Source: Candidatus Saccharimonadota bacterium (GTDB taxonomy: Archaea; Nanohalarchaeota; Nanosalinia; Nanosalinales; Nanosalinaceae). From it: a stretch of DNA of 32,000 nt. Positions 25,192 through 32,000 of the stretch are shown here, in pieces (positions within the stretch are counted from its first letter, which is position 1; each line of letters opens with the position of its first letter). Under the pieces are notes generated by a model that saw nothing but the letters and a program-made list of their open reading frames with translations, had not been told where the DNA came from and did no database searches. Both the position numbers and the translations under genes were made by a program. The stretch covers positions 510,001-542,000 of the forward strand of contig CP012986.1 in NCBI GenBank assembly GCA_001761425.1. The letters run 5' to 3'.

Positions 25192-26700
25192 ATGAAACAG
25201 AAGGCCTTGCTTTTTCTCGCAGTGGTTTTTCTGGCTGGTACAGCCTCTGCTGATGAAGTATACTATGATATAGAGGCAGATGATGAGGAAATGGTGATCA
25301 ACACCACGATAATGATGGACTGTGAGAACCAGAGATGTCCGACACTGGTATGGTCTCCGCCACAGGACTCCGAGATACAGACGGTAAAGGACTCTACAGG
25401 AGAGATCACGGATTATGAGTACAGTCAGGGCAGACTGGAAGTAAGGCCTAAGGACGACAGCAGGAAAAGCAATGAAACGTACAGATTAACTTTTAATGTA
25501 GATAGAGAGGCAGAGGAAGTCTACGGAGGCCTTTACAAGAGAGAGTTCAGTCTTCCATCTTTCGACGGTGTGAAAACTACAGGTAACATCCGGGTTGAAG
25601 GCCTTCTGTCAGGATGGACTGGTCACGGCGTAGAGACCTCTATAAACGGTGAGAATCTTAGTTTCCGTGCTGAAGGCCCTGTTAATCTGAGGGCAAAGTT
25701 TGGTGAGGGCGGAAACAGGGAGGAATACTACGAGTTCTTCGGAGGTGATCCTGAGAACAGTTCGATGGCTTATGAGATAGCTGTCGGCACTACCGGGCAG
25801 AGTCTGGAGGCTAACAGCTTACCGGTTGCAGTTCTACCTGATGAACTGTTTAATGAGACGGTTTCGCGCTGGAGCTCGGGAGAATACCTCAGTGGAAGTG
25901 CCAAGATGCGTCAAGGCCTTGATGAGGAGTTTTTGCCTGTGCTGACTCATGAAACCGTTCATGCTCTGAATTCTAGGGAGCTTAGCTGGGATAGTACTTC
26001 TTCCTCATATTTTGAGGAGGGAACAAGCCGTTATGCCGAATTTTTGATCAGAAAGAAGCTTTACAGAGACGGTAGCATAGATAAGCCTCCAAGAGAGCTT
26101 TTTGGGGAAAGCGTAAGGTATGATCCGGATCCTGAGGATAACTACTACAGAACGTTGCCTTCGAAAGGCAGTGCAGATGTTCTGTGGGGTTACTACGAGA
26201 ATAACGATGAGTTCATGAAGAACTGGAATCCGTTCGAGTCATCATCCGACTACAGGAGATTTGGCTATGCCTACTCGGAGCTTGTCATAAAGAACTTTGT
26301 CTCCAGGGAGAACGGATCTGTTCGCCAGTTGTACAGTAGCATTGACGTCCGGGAAGAAGTGAACAGTCCTGAAGAGAAATGGGACATCTTTTCAAAGCAT
26401 CTGGACATGACACCATGCAAGTACGATACTCGTGAAAGATTTGAACAGTGTTTAGATGAGATAAACAGCTACAATTACACTGTTTACTCTGCTGAACCTG
26501 AGATGGGAGAAGATGAAGGCCTTGAAATAAGAGAGCTGAAAGTGCCGGAAAGAGAGGAGGAAGCCGGGAACGATCCTGGCGAAAAACTTGAGAGGATCAG
26601 TGAAGAGGTAGAGGCCCAGTCCTTGATTCAGGAGCTAGCAGAGTTTTTCTGGAGCCTTTTCAGAGATTTTATCATCTTCCTGCAGACACAGCTCGGGTAA
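25192..26700 (+). CDS. Secreted gluzincin-like zinc metallopeptidase candidate (HExxH-x18-E)
   Basis: Sec-type signal peptide MKQKALLFLAVVFLAGTASA/DE. HETVH followed exactly 18 residues later by E in FEEGTSRY. Hydrophobic/amphipathic C-terminal tail. Confidence 0.5.
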   Translation: MKQKALLFLAVVFLAGTASADEVYYDIEADDEEMVINTTIMMDCENQRCPTLVWSPPQDSEIQTVKDSTGEITDYEYSQGRLEVRPKDDSRKSNETYRLTFNVDREAEEVYGGLYKREFSLPSFDGVKTTGNIRVEGLLSGWTGHGVETSINGENLSFRAEGPVNLRAKFGEGGNREEYYEFFGGDPENSSMAYEIAVGTTGQSLEANSLPVAVLPDELFNETVSRWSSGEYLSGSAKMRQGLDEEFLPVLTHETVHALNSRELSWDSTSSSYFEEGTSRYAEFLIRKKLYRDGSIDKPPRELFGESVRYDPDPEDNYYRTLPSKGSADVLWGYYENNDEFMKNWNPFESSSDYRRFGYAYSELVIKNFVSRENGSVRQLYSSIDVREEVNSPEEKWDIFSKHLDMTPCKYDTRERFEQCLDEINSYNYTVYSAEPEMGEDEGLEIRELKVPEREEEAGNDPGEKLERISEEVEAQSLIQELAEFFWSLFRDFIIFLQTQLG

Positions 26701-26710
26701 ATAGGCCTTC

Positions 26711-26719
26711 TTAAAAATA
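26711..26719 (+). promoter_or_regulatory. TATA-like box for the DedA gene
   Basis: TTAAAAATA centred 25 nt upstream of the second in-frame ATG (26740) but only 16 nt from the first (26731). Confidence 0.3.
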
Positions 26720-26730
26720 GTTCTCTCTAA

Positions 26731-27393
26731 ATGTTTTCCATGATAGCGGCGGAGGCCTTGATCCAGCTTATTCAGCAGTACGGTGTTCTCGCTGTTATCT
26801 TCGGCGTTGTTATCGAGGAGATTGTTGTTCCGATTCCTTCGCCGGTCGTGCCGATGGCAGCTGGTTTTATCGTTGTTCAGGCTACTTCTCTGCCTCAGGC
26901 CTTGCTTGAGATAATTTTTCTGGTTGTTATCCCGGCTTCACTGGCTTCTGTGGTCAGTTCGTATTTTGTCTACGGTATAGCTTATTTCGGCGGTAAACCT
27001 GTGCTTGAGAGGTATGGTTACTACCTGGATGTTTCCTGGGAGGAGGCTAGGGAGCTGGAGGAGAAATTTGCTTCGGGGAAACAGCATTACTACGTCGCAC
27101 TTTTCAGGGCTATTCCCGTAGTGCCGCTTTCACTTGTCTCAGGATCAGCAGGCCTTTTCAGGATGGACTGGAAAAAGTACGGTCTCTGGACACTCATCGG
27201 TATGGTCCCAAGGACTTTCTTCCTCGCCCTCGCAGGATGGTACCTGAAAGACGGCTTCGTAACTGTCGCTTCTTATATCGATAACCTCTCAACTCTCATA
27301 CTACTGGCGACAGGAGGCCTTGTAGGAGCTTATCTTTTCTACAGAAAATATGGAAATATCTACAGGAAACTGCTTTTCTCGGACCGGATCTAA
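26731..27393 (+). CDS. DedA/VTT-domain family membrane protein
   Basis: GVVIEEIVVPIPSPVVPMAAGF and FRAIPVVPLSLVSGSAG motifs. The true start may be the second ATG at 26740, which is 25 nt from a TTAAAAATA box. Confidence 0.8.
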   Translation: MFSMIAAEALIQLIQQYGVLAVIFGVVIEEIVVPIPSPVVPMAAGFIVVQATSLPQALLEIIFLVVIPASLASVVSSYFVYGIAYFGGKPVLERYGYYLDVSWEEARELEEKFASGKQHYYVALFRAIPVVPLSLVSGSAGLFRMDWKKYGLWTLIGMVPRTFFLALAGWYLKDGFVTVASYIDNLSTLILLATGGLVGAYLFYRKYGNIYRKLLFSDRI

Positions 27394-28112
27394 TCTCCTT
27401 CAAGGGCGTCAGCGGTGATTGCAGCAGCTATCAAGGCCTCTTTTGGCATATCTCCTGACTTCTTTATCCCGATACTGTACTCATCCTTCAGTCCGAACTC
27501 TCCCTGGATAACTCCCAGTTCATCGCCTTCAGGCGACTCAACAGTATATTTATGCGGTACAAGTGAGAAAATTTCTGAAAAGCTTCTCAGAAAATCCAGG
27601 ACGCTTCCCCTACTCTTTATATCTGCTACGTATGCTCCGTTAGGCGTCTTCACTTTCCAGGCGTGCTGAAAAAGAGTGAATTCTTTCTCAAGTACGGCGA
27701 AGGCCTCTCCTGTCTCGGCATCGATTAAAGTGTAGTCTCCAGAGAAGTCAAGTATCTGTTCTGCCTTTACGTTGAAGACTGGCTCGTCTCCACCGTTCTT
27801 GAAGCTGTAATCCTCTTTTGCCCTGAACATTTTCTGTGAGGCCTTGAGTACGAGTTCATTGTCTGAGTTGAATACCTTGTATTTGTTTCTGACCAGTTTC
27901 TGCACTACCTTGTAGCTGTCATCCTTTAGGTCGAGTCTGGTTATCGGGTTTCCGAGGCTCTGACCGTATTTTTCCTCGTCTACCTTGGTCAGGACGCCTT
28001 CTACTTCCTCTTCGTTGAAGCCTTCCTCTTCCAGGATATTCTGAAGCTCTTCCTTGCTGTATCCTTCCTTCAGAGATTCCTCTGCATACTCCTTGAGCTC
28101 GTCCTCTTCCAT
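27390..28112 (-). CDS. Tubby-C/LURP-one-like (DUF567/YxjI-like) beta-barrel protein with small N-terminal helical GYSxEE domain
   Basis: Start trimmed to the ATG at 28112, because the ORF-track start at 28256 overlaps the MBL gene and encodes a basic, Cys-containing leader. Repeated beta-hairpin pattern and terminal helix LIAAAITADALEGD. Clear paralog of 28742-29764. Confidence 0.5.
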   Translation of the reverse strand: MEEDELKEYAEESLKEGYSKEELQNILEEEGFNEEEVEGVLTKVDEEKYGQSLGNPITRLDLKDDSYKVVQKLVRNKYKVFNSDNELVLKASQKMFRAKEDYSFKNGGDEPVFNVKAEQILDFSGDYTLIDAETGEAFAVLEKEFTLFQHAWKVKTPNGAYVADIKSRGSVLDFLRSFSEIFSLVPHKYTVESPEGDELGVIQGEFGLKDEYSIGIKKSGDMPKEALIAAAITADALEGD

Positions 28113-28146
28113 ACCGAAAAATTCCCTTCCCAGCTTTATACAGCTT

Positions 28147-28731
28147 TCAGTACTTCGACTCCCCCCTTTCCGCCTCCCTAACTGAACGGGAGATCTGTTC
28201 TTCAACGTCCTCAAACACAGCTTCTTCGTGACCGCAGTACATCTCATCGACTTCAAGGCCTTCTAATTTCTTGATAGAATCGATCAGCAGATCTCTGTCG
28301 CCCTGATCCAAATCTGTCCTCCCAAAACCGCCTTCAGGGAAAACCAGGTCTCCAGTAAAAAGAACTTTCTCCCCTCTACTGTGAAGGCAGATAGAATCAT
28401 CTCTATGGCCGGGAGTATGAAAGATCTCGAAATCAAGGCCTCCTAGAGAAATTTTTTCGCCTTCTACCAGTTCAGAGGCCTGGACAGGAAGATTTTCCGG
28501 TTCAAAAGCATAGACCCTGGGTGAGAAAAGATCTGCGATTTTCGGGAGGTTGTCGACGTGATCGTAATGGGAATGGGTTATAACTACTTTATCGACTTTT
28601 TCGAGGTTTTGGATCTGTTTCCAGCTGTCTCCGGTTCCTGCGTCGATTAGAACTGTTTCTCCGTTTCTCTTGAATTTCCAGATGTTTCCTGTGAAATCGG
28701 AGGCCTCCTCGGCCAGGTTCTGAACTTTCAT
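28147..28731 (-). CDS. MBL-fold metallo-hydrolase (glyoxalase II-like, 194 aa)
   Basis: VVITHSHYDHVDN (HxHxDH), FHTPGH, FTGD, CGHE metal-ligand motifs. Confidence 0.85.
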   Translation of the reverse strand: MKVQNLAEEASDFTGNIWKFKRNGETVLIDAGTGDSWKQIQNLEKVDKVVITHSHYDHVDNLPKIADLFSPRVYAFEPENLPVQASELVEGEKISLGGLDFEIFHTPGHRDDSICLHSRGEKVLFTGDLVFPEGGFGRTDLDQGDRDLLIDSIKKLEGLEVDEMYCGHEEAVFEDVEEQISRSVREAERGESKY

Positions 28732-28741
28732 ATTATATATT

Positions 28742-29764
28742 TTAGTTTCCTTCGAGTGCGTCGATTGCGATGATACTTGATATCATGTCTCTGCGCTCCA
28801 GCTGCCCGGAGTCATGGAGATTTAGGTCGTATTCGTCTCTTATGCTTAGTTCGCCTTCAAGCTCTCCTATTTGGTTGTCGCTTACGTCATCGACGCTGTA
28901 GGTATGAGGAATCAGTGCGAAAACGTTCGGTAGTAAAGGTATTATTCCCCCGTAGCTTCTCAGGAGCTGCAGCATCGTACTTTCGTTGTAGACGGTTGCG
29001 ACGATCGATTTGTCCTGAGGATCTCTTATGCGCCAGACCTGGTTCAGTAGAGTCCTTTTCCTGTCAAGTACAGCCATCACGTCATCCTTTTGCTCGTCTC
29101 GGACTTTGTAATTGTTTGAGATGTTTGGAAACCTCGATGATATGACGCGGAAAACAGGTTCTTCCCCGTTTTCAGGTTTGAAGAAAGGAATATTCGTCTT
29201 GATGCTGAGTATCTTTTTCTTCGCCTTCAAAACTTTTTTGTCGTTTTTATCATAGATTCCGTAACGTTTCAACAAAATATGCTGCCGGATACGGTAGTAA
29301 CTATCCGTCAGATCGAGGCCTGAACTCATCGAACCTCGCTGAGGGTTCTGTCCCTGCTGAGAGTTCTGATCTGTCTCCTGACGCTGGTCTGCGAGAAATT
29401 CATCACCGGTACTGTTACCTGAGTCAGTGCCTGGGGAACGGTTCTGTGAAAGTTTTTCCTGATCCTGCTGAAGGCCTTGGCTCTGCTGGAAGCCCTGACC
29501 TTGATTATTTTGACCCCGGTTCTGTGTTCTACGGTTATTTTGCTGAGGCCTCTGGTTGTTTTGCTGGTTTTTCTGGTTGTTCTGTCTCTGGTTTCTGTTA
29601 GGTTTGTTTCTCTGTCCTTTTTGCTGGTTCTGTATCTGTTTGAAGGCCTGGTTTATATTTGAGTGTTTGATTCCTTGCTGTCTCAGTACCTGTCTTACTT
29701 CTTCCTCGGTGAATCCTTCTCTCAGTGAGTGCTGTATCTTTTTTCTGAGTTGCTCCTGGTTCAC
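28742..29764 (-). CDS. Tubby-C/LURP-one-like protein with N-terminal GFTxEE helical domain and ~110-aa Q/N/R-rich low-complexity linker
   Basis: Shares with 27390-28112: SL(K/R)EG(Y/F)(S/T)xEE; LDLxDxY; VLKAxxK; G(D/E)EPVF; AVL(E/D)..TL....W; (L/I)(V/I)PHxY(T/S)V; (K/R)DEY; A(I/D)ALEG(D/N) terminus. Confidence 0.5.
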   Translation of the reverse strand: MNQEQLRKKIQHSLREGFTEEEVRQVLRQQGIKHSNINQAFKQIQNQQKGQRNKPNRNQRQNNQKNQQNNQRPQQNNRRTQNRGQNNQGQGFQQSQGLQQDQEKLSQNRSPGTDSGNSTGDEFLADQRQETDQNSQQGQNPQRGSMSSGLDLTDSYYRIRQHILLKRYGIYDKNDKKVLKAKKKILSIKTNIPFFKPENGEEPVFRVISSRFPNISNNYKVRDEQKDDVMAVLDRKRTLLNQVWRIRDPQDKSIVATVYNESTMLQLLRSYGGIIPLLPNVFALIPHTYSVDDVSDNQIGELEGELSIRDEYDLNLHDSGQLERRDMISSIIAIDALEGN

Positions 29765-29802
29765 AGAAAAACTATTTTGAAAGTGGAATTTAAAACCTGT
29801 TT

Positions 29803-31044
29803 TTATCTGATTCTGTAACGAAGTATGCCGGCTACTCCTCCCATGTTGAGAAGTCTCTGGCCTTCTTCGTGGCCGTCTCCGATGATCTCAAGTTCTGTGC
29901 CCATTTCCTCAGCCTTTTCTCCGAATGCGTCAACTATATCGCTGATATCTTCCAGCTTCATTTCCTCGTTGCATTCACCGCATTTTACAGAGTCGGAGAT
30001 AAGGGCCTCTTCCTCAAAAATCTCTTTTTCATGGCCTTTTGGACATTGGTAAGTAGCTTCAAACATGTCAACGTTTTCAGAGATCAAAAGCGTGTCAACA
30101 GCTCCCATCTTCAAGGCCTTGTATACTGGTTCGACTCCGTATTCGCTTTTGCCGTTTTCCTCCTTCAGGTTTGTGAAGAATTCGTTGACAAGATTTTTTT
30201 CATGGACTACCTGAGAGTCCTCGATAGCGTCTTCAGCTTTTGAAACAAGTTCCTCCAAGGCCTCTTCACCTGAGTAGTTCAGTGATTCTATGTCTACGAT
30301 CTCGTCTTCCAGTTCCTGGTGGATGTAGCCATCGTCGACAAGTTTGTCTTTTACGAATCCTGGGCCTCCGATAATGATTCCCAGAAGCTCTCCGTCTCTT
30401 GCTTTGTCCATGAAAGCGCTTTTTGCTTTCTCAGCGATTTCCTGGAGGAAAGTTTTCAGCATCTGTTTTCTTAAACGTGCGAATCGCTGAGCTGACTGTC
30501 CTCCAGCCCTTGTCTTACCGGGAACGTTTGATTCAAGCGTAAACGCGGTCTTGACGCTGTTCCCCCGAAGATAGCCGATCGCAGCACTGTTTTTGTCTGT
30601 CACGATCAATCCGTAGACTCTGTCGTCTACGACCATCTGCCTGAGAGGGTCCAGAACAAATTCTTTGTCACATCTGTAGTGACGGGATTCGATAGTCTGG
30701 GGAGGCACTACTTCCCATATCTTGATATCAGGCCTTCCCTCGGTATCGGAGACGTTTCCGGCGAAGAAGGCTACACCGTTTTCCGGCGTTTCATGCTCCT
30801 CGGAAACTTTCCTGCCTATCTTGCCGAGAGCGTCCTGAACGTTCGTCCTGGTATGTTTGGACTTGATGTTTTCCGCTTCGGACTGTTCGGAAGTAACGAA
30901 CTCTGAGATCTTGGACATATCATAACCGGCAGGAATGTACAGGGATACAAGCTCCGTGTTTCTCCCCCGGATATCCTCTAGCTCGTTGATGAGCTTCTTT
31001 AGCTCGTACTTGGACATTTCCTCAGGTTTTTCGTTTTCGCTCAT
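29803..31044 (-). CDS. prf1: Peptide chain release factor aRF1
   Basis: NIKS motif (AENIKSKH), GGQ motif (TRAGGQSAQRFARL), three-domain length. CPKGH...CGEC mini zinc-knuckle in the C-domain. Confidence 0.95.
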   Translation of the reverse strand: MSENEKPEEMSKYELKKLINELEDIRGRNTELVSLYIPAGYDMSKISEFVTSEQSEAENIKSKHTRTNVQDALGKIGRKVSEEHETPENGVAFFAGNVSDTEGRPDIKIWEVVPPQTIESRHYRCDKEFVLDPLRQMVVDDRVYGLIVTDKNSAAIGYLRGNSVKTAFTLESNVPGKTRAGGQSAQRFARLRKQMLKTFLQEIAEKAKSAFMDKARDGELLGIIIGGPGFVKDKLVDDGYIHQELEDEIVDIESLNYSGEEALEELVSKAEDAIEDSQVVHEKNLVNEFFTNLKEENGKSEYGVEPVYKALKMGAVDTLLISENVDMFEATYQCPKGHEKEIFEEEALISDSVKCGECNEEMKLEDISDIVDAFGEKAEEMGTELEIIGDGHEEGQRLLNMGGVAGILRYRIR

Positions 31045-31069
31045 AGAAGAGAAAGGTGAAGAAATTCTT

Positions 31070-31822
31070 TTAATTGTCTCCGGCGAAGGCCTCCTCTATC
31101 TTCTCCTTTGACAGCAGCATGTAATCCTGGTCCGAAGTAAAAAGCTCCAGGCACATTGTACCGTCAAAATTTTCCAGCTTCGAGAAAAAGGCCTGGAAAT
31201 CCACCTGTGCCGAACCGATCGGAAGATGAAGATCTTCGTTCTCACGGGTGTCCTGGGCATGGATATGCGAGATTTTTTCTCCCTCGTTTTCCAGGAAAGT
31301 CTCTGTGATCTCCTGACCTGCCTCGGCAAAACCGTGGCCGGTATCAAAGCACATTGAGGCCTCCACTTTTTCTATGATCTCGGCCAGGTCAAACATTTCC
31401 AGGGTATCGAATTGGCCGACGTTTTCAAATACCATTTCGATATCTTTTTCCTCGCCAAGGGCCTTCAGCTTCTTTATCTGCTGTTCAAGGATAACCTGTT
31501 GGCGTTTTGATTCTTCATCTCTCATGTTGGGATGTATGACAGCTTTTTCCGTCTCAAGCTCTGCGGAGAACTCCAGAAGCCTTTCGAAGTAACTTATCAA
31601 GGCCTTGTTAAGTTCTTCGACTCCTGTAGCTACTGGCTGGCGGAAAGGAAGATGGACTATAAGGTAGAAGTTTTTCTCGTCCAGGATTTTCCTTAGATTC
31701 TTTTGATCGATGTCTTCAGGTCTTATCTCTTTTTCTCCTATCGCCAGCTCCACGAAGTCGAATTCTTCTGGAACCTCCTTGATTTTCTCTGGTGCTGGGC
31801 CTACGCTTACTCCGTAATCCAT
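31070..31822 (-). CDS. Xylose-isomerase-like TIM-barrel protein (sugar phosphate isomerase/epimerase, AP-endonuclease-2 fold)
   Basis: Motif series VHLPF, VIHPN, VFENV, CFDTGH, HIHAQD typical of this fold. Specific function not assignable. Confidence 0.65.
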   Translation of the reverse strand: MDYGVSVGPAPEKIKEVPEEFDFVELAIGEKEIRPEDIDQKNLRKILDEKNFYLIVHLPFRQPVATGVEELNKALISYFERLLEFSAELETEKAVIHPNMRDEESKRQQVILEQQIKKLKALGEEKDIEMVFENVGQFDTLEMFDLAEIIEKVEASMCFDTGHGFAEAGQEITETFLENEGEKISHIHAQDTRENEDLHLPIGSAQVDFQAFFSKLENFDGTMCLELFTSDQDYMLLSKEKIEEAFAGDN

Positions 31823-31825
31823 TTT

Positions 31826-32000
31826 TCAGGCCTCCTGGATGATTACCAGCGTGTTCTCTGTCTCGATCATCTTTCCTTCTCCTGTGTAGGTTCTTTCTTC
31901 TTCGACCTCGAACATTTCAGGCTTGAGATGTTCTCCTGCGACATCCAGATGTCCTGCTTCAATTGTGTACTCGTTGTTCTCCAGAGCTTCCTCGATTTCT
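31826..32000 (-). CDS. C-terminal 58 codons of an unidentified protein continuing beyond the window
   Basis: Open minus-strand frame from 32000 down to TGA (31826-31828): ...EIEEALENNEYTIEAGHLDVAGEHLKPEMFEVEEERTYTGEGKMIETENTLVIIQEA. Acidic composition matches the real genes. 3-nt gap to the next gene. Confidence 0.3.
   Translation of the reverse strand, partial: EIEEALENNEYTIEAGHLDVAGEHLKPEMFEVEEERTYTGEGKMIETENTLVIIQEA

Larger units (their letters stand above)
885..31833. repeat. Dispersed, hyper-abundant palindromic hexamer AGGCCT (about 130 copies by hand count)
   Basis: Examples: 885, 1855, 1895, 7914, 10706, 10755, 20746, 23113, 23135, 23390, 26703, 31828. See the first finding. Confidence 0.85.

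Noticed and set aside
28113-28256. N-terminal 48 codons of the 288-aa ORF-track call (MKSMRCTAVTKKLCLRTLKNRS...)
   Set aside because: It overlaps the 3-prime end of the MBL hydrolase gene and is very basic. The paralog alignment starts at the internal MEEDELKEY, so the start was set to the ATG at 28112.
7914-31833. AGGCCT directly abutting or overlapping stop codons of four minus-strand genes (rfcL 7914, trx 10755, tatD 22378, the partial gene at 31828)
   Set aside because: With one site per ~240 bp, about one such coincidence is expected among ~32 genes. Four is only marginally more, and plus-strand genes do not show it. I treat it as probable chance unless genome-wide counts say otherwise.
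1-32000. Search for tRNA, rRNA, CRISPR repeats, IS elements, integrases and long direct or inverted repeats
   Set aside because: The intergenic gaps (the largest are 290, 102, 96, 95 and 80 bp) show no cloverleaf-compatible T-arm/anticodon structure, no regularly spaced repeats and no transposase- or integrase-like ORFs. The only repetitive signals are the AGGCCT hexamer and coding low-complexity tracts.

Overview
Compact archaeal chromosome segment: about 96% coding, many 1-13 nt gene overlaps, roughly 45% GC, strongly acidic predicted proteome. The informational genes are archaeal: RFC small and large subunits, aRF1, archaeal-type SAM synthetase, Lhr helicase and a Fap7-like kinase. Halophile-like acidity, low GC, short genes and extreme compaction suggest a nanohaloarchaeal/DPANN-type halophile (inference only). 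I found no rRNA, tRNA, CRISPR array, transposase or integrase. Gene content, left to right: (1) 1-7838, a tightly coupled Epd/Tad-like type IV pilus operon. It has an FlaI/PilB-family ATPase, two single-domain TadC/PilC-like membrane proteins and four or more proteins with K-G-Q class III signal peptides. One of these is 589 aa and Cys-rich, and one carries a lectin-like C-terminal domain. (2) rfcS-rfcL, a Fap7-like kinase, thioredoxin and MscS. (3) A divergent ThiF/E1-like gene, a membrane protein and Lhr. (4) Two BatA_N/vWA-type surface proteins plus a Gly/Ser/Pro/Asn/Gln-rich disordered protein. (5) TatD, an NYN-domain protein and a small membrane protein. (6) dcd and SAM synthetase. (7) A secreted HExxH-x18-E metallopeptidase-like protein and DedA. 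(8) A minus-strand block: TIM-barrel isomerase, aRF1, a Q/N-rich tubby/LURP-one-like protein, an MBL hydrolase and a second tubby-like paralog. The most striking signal is at DNA level. The palindrome AGGCCT occurs about 130 times (about 1 per 240 bp, roughly 20-fold over composition expectation), in all reading frames and in intergenic DNA. The other candidates for novel biology are the multi-pilin operon with a lectin-domain pilin (possible host-attachment apparatus) and the tandem tubby-like paralogs flanking an MBL hydrolase.
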